Virus record (IMG/VR): IMGVR_UViG_3300037725_000018
Location: 1 to 64,000 of that record
DNA length: 64,000 nt
Direction: 5' to 3' (one strand)
Shown: positions 9,275-17,594 of the stretch, one piece after another
Layout of the letters: each line of letters starts with the position of its first letter
Numbering within the stretch: the stretch's first letter is position 1
Notes under the pieces: model-generated
What the model saw: only the letters and a program-made list of their open reading frames with translations
Database searches by the model: none
Told to the model about the DNA's origin: nothing
Position numbers and translations under genes: made by a program

Positions 9275-10048
9275 ATGTACAAGACAAAATCATATACGTC
9301 ACACGAAAGTCAAAAGCCGGAAGCATGGATTACCGTAAATAAAGACCGACGCCCAACAGAAAACGGTCAAAACGTGTACCTTGAAGACGGCCAACAGTTT
9401 GAAATAGAACTTAACAACCCAACCGAAGATCCGGTCTTGGCTAAACTTAAAATTCAAGGAGAAACGTCTGATTCGGGTCTTGTTTTACGACCCGGAGAAC
9501 ACACGTTTCTAAAACGGTACATTGGAGAAGATAAAGCGTTTCGGTTCGGCACTTACGAAGTGCCGAAAAAAAATGAACGCTTCATTGAAAAAAACGGTGA
9601 AGTTGCGATTAAGTTTTACGAAAAAGAGGTCAACTTCTATAAGCAACATCAAATAACGTGGAATCCACCAAAGGACGATTATCCAGATAAAAAACCTATC
9701 AACCCGTATCCGTGGGAGCGAGATCCTTGGACTGCCCCAAATAGGCCAAGAATCTGGATGGATACTTCCAGCTTTAGTTCTATCAGCTTTAGCGGAGACG
9801 TGAGCATTTCCGGTTCTTCAAAAGACGGAGAAACGTTAAAAACCGGAAGAATTGAGCCGGGAGAGAAAACCGGACAAGACTTCAACGTAACAAACGAGAA
9901 ATTCAAAAACTTCTCGTTTCACACCGTTCGGTTTAAGCTTCTTCCTGCAAGTCAAAAGAACAGTTCCCGGAAGTATTGCACAGAGTGTGGGGCAAAACAA
10001 AAAAAGAATTGGAAGTTTTGTGCGTACTGTGGAACAGAGTTTGAGTAA
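9275..10048 (+). CDS. Hypothetical protein with C-terminal double zinc ribbon
   Basis: YCTECGAKQKKNWKFCAYCGTEFE C-terminus. Confidence 0.8.
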   Translation: MYKTKSYTSHESQKPEAWITVNKDRRPTENGQNVYLEDGQQFEIELNNPTEDPVLAKLKIQGETSDSGLVLRPGEHTFLKRYIGEDKAFRFGTYEVPKKNERFIEKNGEVAIKFYEKEVNFYKQHQITWNPPKDDYPDKKPINPYPWERDPWTAPNRPRIWMDTSSFSSISFSGDVSISGSSKDGETLKTGRIEPGEKTGQDFNVTNEKFKNFSFHTVRFKLLPASQKNSSRKYCTECGAKQKKNWKFCAYCGTEFE

Positions 10049-10077
10049 ACAACTGTTTTGAATATTCTTTAAATCCG

Positions 10078-10120
10078 AAGGGAGGCTTAGTTGAAAGGCT
10101 GGCCTCCCTTTTGTTATTTT
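10078..10120 (+). terminator. Intrinsic terminator
   Basis: aagggaggc...gcctccctt stem followed by ttgttatttt, 30 nt after the 9275..10048 stop. Confidence 0.7.
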
Positions 10121-10165
10121 CTATCTATAAACAAAAAGGAAAGCATTCATTAAAAAGCAAAAGGT

Positions 10166-11929
10166 ATGCCGGATATAGATTTTAGAATTACATCTGCCGA
10201 TTATATTTATCTTGACTTCGATTACGACAAAGAGCTTGTCAACTACGTCAAGGAAAACATTCCCGGAAGGAAGTATGTCAAGCGAAGCAAAGAGTGGAAG
10301 TTTAAGCTTAACCGAAACTCGCTTCCTGACTTCTTGAAGTTTTTGCAAGATTGGGATTTAGATAAGTCAGACGTTCCCCGTTCCATTCAAAACCGGATGG
10401 AAAGCATCATTAAAGAAGCAAAGAAGGTAGAAAAACAGAAAGAGAAAAACAAGCGCCTTGCGGAAAAAGATGAAGTTGAAGACTTCAAGGTTTACGGCCT
10501 CGCACAAGGCATGAACCCGTATCCGTTTCAAGAGGTAGGAATCAAATACGCGGTTGAAAATAAAAACGTCATTATCGGAGACGAACCGGGCCTCGGAAAG
10601 ACTGTGGAGAGTATAGCGGCGATGCACAAGCAAGATGCATATCCGGTTCTTGTCGTATGTCCAGCTTCTTTAAAAGACAATTGGAAAAGAGAATGGAACA
10701 TGTGGCTCCCCCGAAAAACGGCAAAGGTCCAGCACTCTAGCGAAGGGCTTGACCTTCGGGCTAGAGTATGCATTATCAACTACGATATTCTATGGAAGTA
10801 CAGGAAAAAACTTCGAGAACACGATTGGGGTGGTCTTATACTTGACGAGAGCCACTACGTAAAAAACGGGTCTGCAAAACGTTCTAAGGCCGCAAGACAG
10901 ATTGCACGGAGAATAGACGGGCCAAAGATCCTTCTTTCCGGAACGGCTGTTGTGAACAGGCCAAAAGAGCTTATCAACCAACTCAAGATCATCGACCGCT
11001 TTGAAGAAGAGTTTGGTGGATTCTATCCTTTCGTTAAACGCTACTGCGATGCTGAACAAACTCGGTGGGGGCTAGACTACGACGGGGCCTCAAATGTAAA
11101 GGAGCTTCACGAACGTTTAAAGAAACTTTGCTATATTCGAAGAAACAAAAAAGAGGTTCTTGAAGACCTTCCAGATAAACAGCGTTCGTATATTGAATTT
11201 GATATTGACAACCGGAAAGAATACGACGTGGCAGAAGAGGACCTTGCCGCCCATCTTCGAAAACAAGAGATTACAGATGAAGACTTCCTTGAAAAAATAG
11301 AAAGTCTAGATGCCCTTGAACAACAGGAAAAAATTCGAAAGGAGTATGGAGCGAATGAAATTAGCGGATACGCCGAAAAATTGATGAAGCTTGCAGAGCT
11401 TCGAAAACTTGCAAGCAAAGGTAAGCTAAAGAAAGCGAAAAGGTGGATCAAGGACTTTTTGAAGTCCGGGGAGAAGCTGGTTCTTTTCGCCCACCACAAG
11501 TTTGTTATCCAAGAGATTGTAGATGAATTTGACGCTTTAAAAATTGACGGTTCCGTTCCGGTCGAAGACAGGCAAGACGTTGTAGACAAGTTTCAAAACG
11601 ACGATTCTGAAAAGGTGATTGTCTTGAACATACAAGCTGGAGGAACGGGGCTTACGTTAACAGAGTCTTCAAATGTCGTATTCCTTGAACTCCCTTGGAC
11701 CCCCGCAGAAGTAAGCCAAGCAGAAGACCGTTGCCACCGGATAGGACAAGAAGATTCTGTGAACGTTTACTTCCTTCTAGCAAAAGAAACGATAGACAAA
11801 GACATGTTTGAAGTCCTAAAAAAGAAAAGGATTGTCACGGAACAGATAAACGCCGGGAAAGATATAACAGACGAAGAAGGAAACGTCGTGAAAGGTGTTA
11901 TTAAGAAGATTACAGACAGACAGTCTTAA
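10166..11929 (+). CDS. SNF2-family (HARP/SMARCAL1-like) helicase
   Basis: IIGDEPGLGKT, LILDESHY, LLSGT, GGTGLTL and QAEDRCHRIGQ motifs. Confidence 0.9.
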   Translation: MPDIDFRITSADYIYLDFDYDKELVNYVKENIPGRKYVKRSKEWKFKLNRNSLPDFLKFLQDWDLDKSDVPRSIQNRMESIIKEAKKVEKQKEKNKRLAEKDEVEDFKVYGLAQGMNPYPFQEVGIKYAVENKNVIIGDEPGLGKTVESIAAMHKQDAYPVLVVCPASLKDNWKREWNMWLPRKTAKVQHSSEGLDLRARVCIINYDILWKYRKKLREHDWGGLILDESHYVKNGSAKRSKAARQIARRIDGPKILLSGTAVVNRPKELINQLKIIDRFEEEFGGFYPFVKRYCDAEQTRWGLDYDGASNVKELHERLKKLCYIRRNKKEVLEDLPDKQRSYIEFDIDNRKEYDVAEEDLAAHLRKQEITDEDFLEKIESLDALEQQEKIRKEYGANEISGYAEKLMKLAELRKLASKGKLKKAKRWIKDFLKSGEKLVLFAHHKFVIQEIVDEFDALKIDGSVPVEDRQDVVDKFQNDDSEKVIVLNIQAGGTGLTLTESSNVVFLELPWTPAEVSQAEDRCHRIGQEDSVNVYFLLAKETIDKDMFEVLKKKRIVTEQINAGKDITDEEGNVVKGVIKKITDRQS

Positions 11930-11935
11930 CAAAAA

Positions 11936-12148
11936 ATGGGTATAATTGTTTTAGATAACAAGGTCAACTCCAGCACCGAATGGGAGTACGGGGACTATGC
12001 AGTTTCCTCTTGGTCTTTTATGCGAGTTGTTCCGGTTGAAGAAAAAACGTGGATTCATAGAAATGGGGGACCTTGGAAAAAGACGGTAATGGGATATAAA
12101 AAGATCGACGTAGTTAAGGAAAACATAGAAAAAGTTCTTTCTCTTTAA
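11936..12148 (+). CDS. Hypothetical protein
   Basis: 70 aa ORF tightly packed after the helicase. Confidence 0.6.
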   Translation: MGIIVLDNKVNSSTEWEYGDYAVSSWSFMRVVPVEEKTWIHRNGGPWKKTVMGYKKIDVVKENIEKVLSL

Positions 12149-12187
12149 GAGCACAACCTCAGATAAAACAAAATCCGTTAAAGACAA

Positions 12188-12595
12188 ATGAATCTTGTTG
12201 ATTACTTAAAGGCGTACGGGGTAAAAACTAACTTTACGTTTACAAGCTACCACCTAGACCGGGAAAGCGAACTTAACGAATTCAACCCCGGAGTTGGAAC
12301 CGAAGTTGGAACGGGTCCATTAAAGCTTCAAATGGGATTTTATAAAAATTCTCACGAAAAAGTGACAACCTTTGTTGGAACTTCTTATTGCCACAGCATA
12401 ACAAATTACCTTCACGTAGGCGTAATATTGGGAGCAGCAACTGGATACGATCACTTTGAACTTGGTATCCCCTTTACAGGGGCAATTGTTCCTTTTGTGT
12501 CGGTGGGAAGGAAAAACCGCGTTCAAATTGGTTTTGTGCCTTCGGAGGGAGGAGGCGTGTTCAGCGGAAGAATTGAAATCAATTTTGACTGTTAG
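12188..12595 (+). CDS. PagP-like small beta-barrel protein
   Basis: SYHL...LNEFNPGVG, GFYKNS and GAATGY motifs with alternating Gly/aromatic strands; no evident signal peptide. Confidence 0.45.
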   Translation: MNLVDYLKAYGVKTNFTFTSYHLDRESELNEFNPGVGTEVGTGPLKLQMGFYKNSHEKVTTFVGTSYCHSITNYLHVGVILGAATGYDHFELGIPFTGAIVPFVSVGRKNRVQIGFVPSEGGGVFSGRIEINFDC

Positions 12596-12602
12596 CAATC
12601 CA

Positions 12603-13114
12603 ATGATTTTAACCAAAGAAGAGCAAGTCTTGTTCGCTAAAAGATTCTGTGAAGAAACTGTTGACGGGTTTAGTCCTACAAGAGAAGAAAACACAGTTAC
12701 ATATAGCTTAGACGAAATCAAGTGGAAATTCACGGTTACAAGATTTGGAAGCCTAAGTATTCAAATCAAAGAATCCGGCAAGACGATCTCTAAGTCTGCA
12801 TACGGTCTATACCCTCAATACAAACCCATAGGCGATTCGGTATCCCGGTGGAGACAGATCGTTGCCAGAAAAATGAATCTAGACTATAGAAAATGAGAAG
12901 AAGCAAAACAAAAATGGAAGGAACAGTTAACGTGAAATGCTTGAATTTGATTGAGATTTTAGACCACAGGGGGAGTTTGGGGGTTCGGTTTTCAAAAGAA
13001 GAGGAACAAACAAAGAAACGGCTCGTTTCAATAGCTGAAGATAACGGGTACAAGGTAATCGAAGAAGAAAACTTTGTAGCTGTATTCAAACCAAACGAAA
13101 TCAAAGACGTATGA
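12603..13114 (+). CDS. Two small hypothetical proteins (12603-12896, 12893-13114)
   Basis: Overlapping stop/start junction (ATGA) in the co-oriented block. Confidence 0.6.
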
Positions 13115-13719
13115 CAAGTCACGAAGAGGTTCCGAACAAGCTTCCAATTCGAAAAAACGATGAAGTGGCGATTTATGGCGATAAAAGAAAGAAAGGAACC
13201 GTAGAAAGAGTATGGGAAGAAAACGGCTATGCGGTTGTAGACTGTGGACACAGCAGTAGATACACTGGCTTTTGGTACTTCGAATCTCTTATCATCGTAG
13301 ACGAAAAAATCCGCTCGATTCGGGAAAAAGAGCTTCGAAGAAAGTCCGGATTTGAAGAAGCGAAGCCATTAACAGACGTAAAGGTTGGGGATCTTATTGT
13401 AACGTCGCAAGGTGAAACGGTCGTTGTTAAGTCCGTAAGTTCAAGACAGGTAAAAGCTGGTGGGTTGAAGTTTACCAAGTCCTCCGGTGAAGGTTGGGGA
13501 GATCAATCTGTTTCCGCACAACCGAAGCCAAAAGAAGAACCTGAAGCCGTTAAAGACTTGGATGAAATAAAGCCGGGTGATACCATTGAACTTTCAAACG
13601 GGGAGTTTGAAGAGGTCACGAAAGTTTCCACACGGCAAATCCGAACAGAAAGCCACAAGTTCAAGCGTTCAGATGGAACCGGGTGGTCTGACGAAACAGC
13701 GTCCATCGTTCTTGGTTAA
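13111..13719 (+). CDS. Protein with tandem SH3/KOW-like repeats
   Basis: KVGDLIVTSQGETVVVKSVSSRQV...KFTKSSGEGW is repeated as KPGDTIELSNGEFEEVTKVSTRQI...KFKRSDGTGW. Confidence 0.7.
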   Translation: MTSHEEVPNKLPIRKNDEVAIYGDKRKKGTVERVWEENGYAVVDCGHSSRYTGFWYFESLIIVDEKIRSIREKELRRKSGFEEAKPLTDVKVGDLIVTSQGETVVVKSVSSRQVKAGGLKFTKSSGEGWGDQSVSAQPKPKEEPEAVKDLDEIKPGDTIELSNGEFEEVTKVSTRQIRTESHKFKRSDGTGWSDETASIVLG

Positions 13720-13795
13720 AGCAAATTGTAGGAAACAAACGGCGCGGTTTGCCTATATAATGTATCCTACATGAATAAACCAAGAGGTATAACGT

Positions 13796-14214
13796 ATGGA
13801 AATCGAAGTTCGGTACAAAATAGATGGTGAAGAAAAAGAGGCCACCGTTTCAATCCCGGACAGACTTGCGGATATGGTCGATGAAAAAAGGCAATTTGAC
13901 ATTTTCTTAGAAGGCGCAATCAAAGAGCGGATTGAAACCGATTCTCAAAGCACCGTCGAAAGCATCATTTACACAAACGTAAAAAAAGGAAAGTGATCGT
14001 ATACTCAGAAAATCAAGAGATTTTAGAAGAGATCACCGAAATAAACCATGACGTTCACGGATTGCGGCGAGTGGACCGTTCGACCTTCATGGTTTACTGG
14101 TTCATTAACACGTTTGAAATGAAAGCGGAAACAAGGCACAATGCTTTCAGCGTTAAGCTTGTGTCCACAGACGGGCTCACTCTTGATCTAGAACGAAAAG
14201 CAGACGCCTTTTAA
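13796..14214 (+). CDS. Two small hypothetical proteins (13796-13996, 13993-14214)
   Basis: Coupled ORFs with a GTGA overlap. Confidence 0.6.
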
Positions 14215-14231
14215 CTAAAACAAACTTTGTT

Positions 14232-14723
14232 ATGCTTTGGATTATCTCAGGCTCACTTTTGGGGGTTTTATATGGCATTTTTGTTGCGGAAGTAGAGTCT
14301 TTCGTTGAGGTAGTTTTCTTTGCCATTTTCTTTGCTGGTTTTGGTGCTATGTCTTCTGGCATGTTATCAATTGCATATCCGGTCGAAGAAGTTGTCACCA
14401 AAACGAAGTCAACGGAACAGATTTACAACCTGTATGACAACCACTCTACTTCCGGAAATTTGTATTTAGGCACCGGGTCCATTGAAGGAAGAAAGTATTA
14501 CTACTACATGACAAAACAGAGGCTTGGACACAGAAGCAAAAGAATTCCTGCGAGCCAGACATACATCAAAGAAATTAATCCGGCAAAAACAGACAGCTTT
14601 AGAGTAGAGGCTAGAACTAAAGTTCGAAAAGATATGTGGTATCGGCTTACATGGTCGCGGGAAAGGTTTTACGTTGTCTACATTCCGAAAAACTCAATTG
14701 ACCGATCTTTTAACGTGAAGTAA
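14232..14723 (+). CDS. Membrane protein (two N-terminal TM helices)
   Basis: Hydrophobic MLWIISGSLLGVLYGIFV and VVFFAIFFAGFGAMSSGMLSI segments. Confidence 0.75.
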   Translation: MLWIISGSLLGVLYGIFVAEVESFVEVVFFAIFFAGFGAMSSGMLSIAYPVEEVVTKTKSTEQIYNLYDNHSTSGNLYLGTGSIEGRKYYYYMTKQRLGHRSKRIPASQTYIKEINPAKTDSFRVEARTKVRKDMWYRLTWSRERFYVVYIPKNSIDRSFNVK

Positions 14724-14777
14724 GTGTGAAGCCTAGGTCCTCTTTGAAACAAAAAGCCAGCACGCGCATGTAAAAGG

Positions 14778-16274
14778 GTGCCTAACAAGGAAGCCCCTTT
14801 ATCACAAAGCAAACAGGTTATGTCTTTTGACTGGAGCGATTACCAGAAACGGATCTTCGATTGGGGAATCAACGGGTCCGGAAACGCGGTTGTGGACGCA
14901 AAGGCCGGAAGCGGAAAAACAACCACGCTTATTGAGCTTGCACGTCGAATCAAAGAAGAGCGTGGAGAGGGTGGAGTTTTTGTTGCGTTCAACAAACACA
15001 TCGAGCGCGAACTCTCTGACAAGCTTTCCGATACCGATTTCATTGCAAAGACCGTCCACTCTTGCGGTTTCGGTGCAATCCGCTACGCCGGGTACGACGT
15101 TGACGTAAACTCTGATAAAATCAAAGACATCGTCAACGCCGTTACGTCCGATATGGCGTTCAAGAAAAACAAAAAGACGGTAAAGGCCAACCTTCGAAAC
15201 ATCGTTGACCTTGTTCGGCTCAATCTTGCGGACCCGTCCGATAAAAGCGAAGTTTTGGACGTTGCCCGTCACCACGGAATTTCCATTGAAGAGATTTTCC
15301 CGCTTATCGAAACGGTGATTAACCGTTCAAACAAGATTGCAAAAGAAAACGGGGAAATTGACTTCACCGACATGATTTATCTTCCGGTGAAGTGGAACCT
15401 TTCGATGTACCAAAACAAGTGGGTCTTCGTGGATGAAGCACAGGACCTAAACACTTGCACGCGCCGGGTGATTGACAAGATGCTTCGTCGGGACGGTCGC
15501 GCAATTTTCGTGGGAGATCCCCGTCAAGCCATTTACGGTTTCGCGGGTGCGGATTCGGATTCTTTCGAGCAGATCAAAGAAGAGTTTGAAACAACCGAAC
15601 TTCCGCTAAACATCACCTACCGTTGCCCGAAAAGCCACGTTGAAAACGTGCAACGCATTGTTCCGGAAATCGAGCCCCGTGAAAACGCCCCGGAAGGTAA
15701 AATCATCGAAGACAAGATGGACAGCCTACCGAACATTGCCGAAAGTGGGGATTACGTTTTGTGCCGCACAAACGCTCCGCTTATCCGGAATTGCATCCGT
15801 CTAATCAAGAACGGACAGCCTGCTCACGTGGTCGGACGAAACATCAAGCGGGGCCTTCTTCAAATTGCAAACCGGATTGATTTTGATAACTTCAACGAAA
15901 GCGTTCGTTCTTACTACCAAAGCAAGCGAGAGAAGCTTCTAGAGAACGATACGTCCGAAGAAAAGCTTCGGGCCTTCCGGGATAAGGTAGACGCCATTAA
16001 AACCGTCTACGGCGAATATGACGTTTCCACAAAGCGGGGTCTAAAAAGCAAGATCAAGTCCCTGTTCAAAGAAACGCCCGATTCGGTGAAGCTTATGACC
16101 GCACACAAGGCGAAGGGCCTTGAAAACGACCGGATTATCATCATCCGAACCGATCTTATGCCGCTTCGTTGGAAGGGTCAAAAGAAGTGGCAGGCAGAGC
16201 AGGAGATGAACCTGAAATATACAGCCGAAACTCGCTCTACGGATACGTTAATCTTCCTTCACCCTGAAAACTAA
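14778..16274 (+). CDS. UvrD/Rep-like superfamily 1 helicase
   Basis: AKAGSGKTT, VFVDEAQD, VGDPRQAIYGFAGA, TYRCPKS, TAHKAKGLE and YTAETRS (motif VI). Confidence 0.92.
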   Translation: MPNKEAPLSQSKQVMSFDWSDYQKRIFDWGINGSGNAVVDAKAGSGKTTTLIELARRIKEERGEGGVFVAFNKHIERELSDKLSDTDFIAKTVHSCGFGAIRYAGYDVDVNSDKIKDIVNAVTSDMAFKKNKKTVKANLRNIVDLVRLNLADPSDKSEVLDVARHHGISIEEIFPLIETVINRSNKIAKENGEIDFTDMIYLPVKWNLSMYQNKWVFVDEAQDLNTCTRRVIDKMLRRDGRAIFVGDPRQAIYGFAGADSDSFEQIKEEFETTELPLNITYRCPKSHVENVQRIVPEIEPRENAPEGKIIEDKMDSLPNIAESGDYVLCRTNAPLIRNCIRLIKNGQPAHVVGRNIKRGLLQIANRIDFDNFNESVRSYYQSKREKLLENDTSEEKLRAFRDKVDAIKTVYGEYDVSTKRGLKSKIKSLFKETPDSVKLMTAHKAKGLENDRIIIIRTDLMPLRWKGQKKWQAEQEMNLKYTAETRSTDTLIFLHPEN

Positions 16275-16365
16275 TTACAAGTGTCAGCCGGGGTTGCGGG
16301 TACATCTTGATAGGTGTACCCGCAACTTATATTAGAGACGGTTTTACGTGATACGTCGAACCGCT
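16230..16365 (+). repeat. Diverged direct repeat, copy 1 (helicase tail + hairpin + endonuclease 3' end)
   Basis: Encodes TRSTDTLIFLHPEN* on +; 16291-16365 matches 17487-17561 at 62/75 nt. Confidence 0.9.
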
Positions 16366-17371
16366 CACCAATCTCAGATTGTGTCATATCGGATTCTTCA
16401 AGAAGGTACTTTATCTCCCCGGCTTCTTTTTTTGAAAGCGCAGGTGTCTTAGGTTTTTTCAAATCTGGAATGGGTTGGGGCTTGGAAGGTTTTACACCTT
16501 CATGAATCTTACCAACATTGATTTCAGAAATGGTTTGGCTTTTTACGTCGTAATGTTTAGCAACAGACTTTTGGGTAAACTTGGTATTATTCAAAAGCCA
16601 TTTGATTTCTGAAACTTGCTCTTTGGACAGCTTGTAGGTCTTCTTCGGATCTAAAAAAACTTCTTGGGGCTTACGTGGCTTCACATCCGTATATCTTTTC
16701 CCGGTCTTGATGCAGGATATGGTATAGCTTGTAACGTCGTAGAGATCACCTATGTCCTTTTGAGAAGCATCCGTATTTTCTATAAGCCATTTGGCTTCGG
16801 CAACCTGTTTCTTGGTCATTCCCAATTTATTTGGTTTTGGAATTGATTCGGGTTTTGATGGTTCAACACGTATCCAGTTTCTTTCTTTGATAATATCGCA
16901 AATAGCCTGTGCCGATACTCCGTATTTATTTGCAAGCTGTTTTTGGGTACATTCGGTGTTTTTAACGAGCCATTTGATTTCGGCTACACTCTCTTCATCT
17001 AACAAAGAAAGTGGTGAATCACTACCATAAGGTGTTTGTCCCCCATAGGCGGTTCGAATAATGTTAGTGAGTTGATCAAAAATATAATCATCATCTAGAA
17101 CAAGTTGTTCTAGCTCTTTTGCCTCTTCTAAGGTCAGGTCAGTTGCAAGTTTTCTGCCGTAACATTTCCAACCGTTTTGCTTGCACTTTTTAATCGTAGA
17201 CGATTTGTGTGGATTTACATCGTACCGTAAACTGCTTTCAGAAAAGTGTCTATTCATTCTTCTTCCGGTTCCGCGCCCTACATAAAACGTCTTCGGAACA
17301 AAGTTATTTCGGGGCCGTTCGTGTACTAGAGCATAAACGTAGTATCTTCTATTAGAATCATCCATAGTCAA
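16271..17371 (-). CDS. GIY-YIG (LEM-3-like) endonuclease with four C-terminal HTH repeats
   Basis: YYVYAL...FYVGRG...RMNRH, EEAKELE and LTN; four repeats of K.(V/A).EIKWL...TQ..I...Y.V....IS.I; ATG at 17365. Confidence 0.85.
   Translation of the reverse strand: MTMDDSNRRYYVYALVHERPRNNFVPKTFYVGRGTGRRMNRHFSESSLRYDVNPHKSSTIKKCKQNGWKCYGRKLATDLTLEEAKELEQLVLDDDYIFDQLTNIIRTAYGGQTPYGSDSPLSLLDEESVAEIKWLVKNTECTQKQLANKYGVSAQAICDIIKERNWIRVEPSKPESIPKPNKLGMTKKQVAEAKWLIENTDASQKDIGDLYDVTSYTISCIKTGKRYTDVKPRKPQEVFLDPKKTYKLSKEQVSEIKWLLNNTKFTQKSVAKHYDVKSQTISEINVGKIHEGVKPSKPQPIPDLKKPKTPALSKKEAGEIKYLLEESDMTQSEIGERFDVSRKTVSNISCGYTYQDVPATPADTCN
16291..16328 (+). terminator. 17-bp stem-loop after the helicase stop (terminator or processing element)
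   Basis: gggttgcgggtacatct-tgat-aggtgtacccgcaactt; G-U pairs favour the + strand; U-tract is weak. Confidence 0.6.
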
Positions 17372-17395
17372 GTTCAGTTCTTGTTAATGTTCACA

Positions 17396-17406
17396 TTTAT
17401 ATATAG
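17396..17406 (-). promoter_or_regulatory. Candidate late promoter driving the endonuclease
   Basis: Exact CTATATATAAA, 31 nt upstream of the endonuclease ATG. Confidence 0.55.
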
Positions 17407-17428
17407 TATGATTGCCCGGTTTACTCAC

Positions 17429-17561
17429 ACAAGATCAACCGACACACTCATTCTTCTTCACCCCGAAAATTAATCGGTATTGATTGAAGCTGTGGGCACA
17501 TCTTGATAGGTGTGCCCACAGTTTATATTAGAGACGGTTTTACGGGATACGCCGAGCCGCC
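17429..17561 (+). repeat. Diverged direct repeat, copy 2 (displaced helicase tail + hairpin + endonuclease stub)
   Basis: Encodes TRSTDTLILLHPEN* on +; hairpin at 17487-17524. Confidence 0.9.
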
Positions 17562-17565
17562 TTTT
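17470..17565 (-). pseudogene. 3' remnant of a related endonuclease (last HTH only)
   Basis: KRRLGVSRKTVSNINCGHTYQDVPTASINTD* versus intact ERFDVSRKTVSNISCGYTYQDVPATPADTCN*; preceded by an in-frame TAA, no start codon. Confidence 0.8.
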
Positions 17566-17594
17566 TTACATGCACGGATACGATTTACTCGAAA

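Larger units (their letters stand above)
16230..17428 (-). mobile_element. Intronless homing-endonuclease cassette inserted in helicase motif VI, carrying a recoded helicase C-terminus
   Basis: Contains helicase tail copy 1, the hairpin, the antisense GIY-YIG gene and its promoter; immediately followed by a second, synonymously different helicase tail. Confidence 0.7.

Noticed and set aside
16291-17524. Two hairpins as IS200/IS605 left and right ends
   Set aside because: No TnpA or TnpB is present, the enclosed gene is a GIY-YIG endonuclease, and both hairpins are explained as the same segment of two paralogous coding sequences.
16230-17561. Diverged repeat pair as a DGR template/variable repeat
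   Set aside because: Differences are not adenine-specific (for example ACG/ACC, GAT/GAC, CCT/CCC), they are mostly synonymous, and no reverse transcriptase is in the window.
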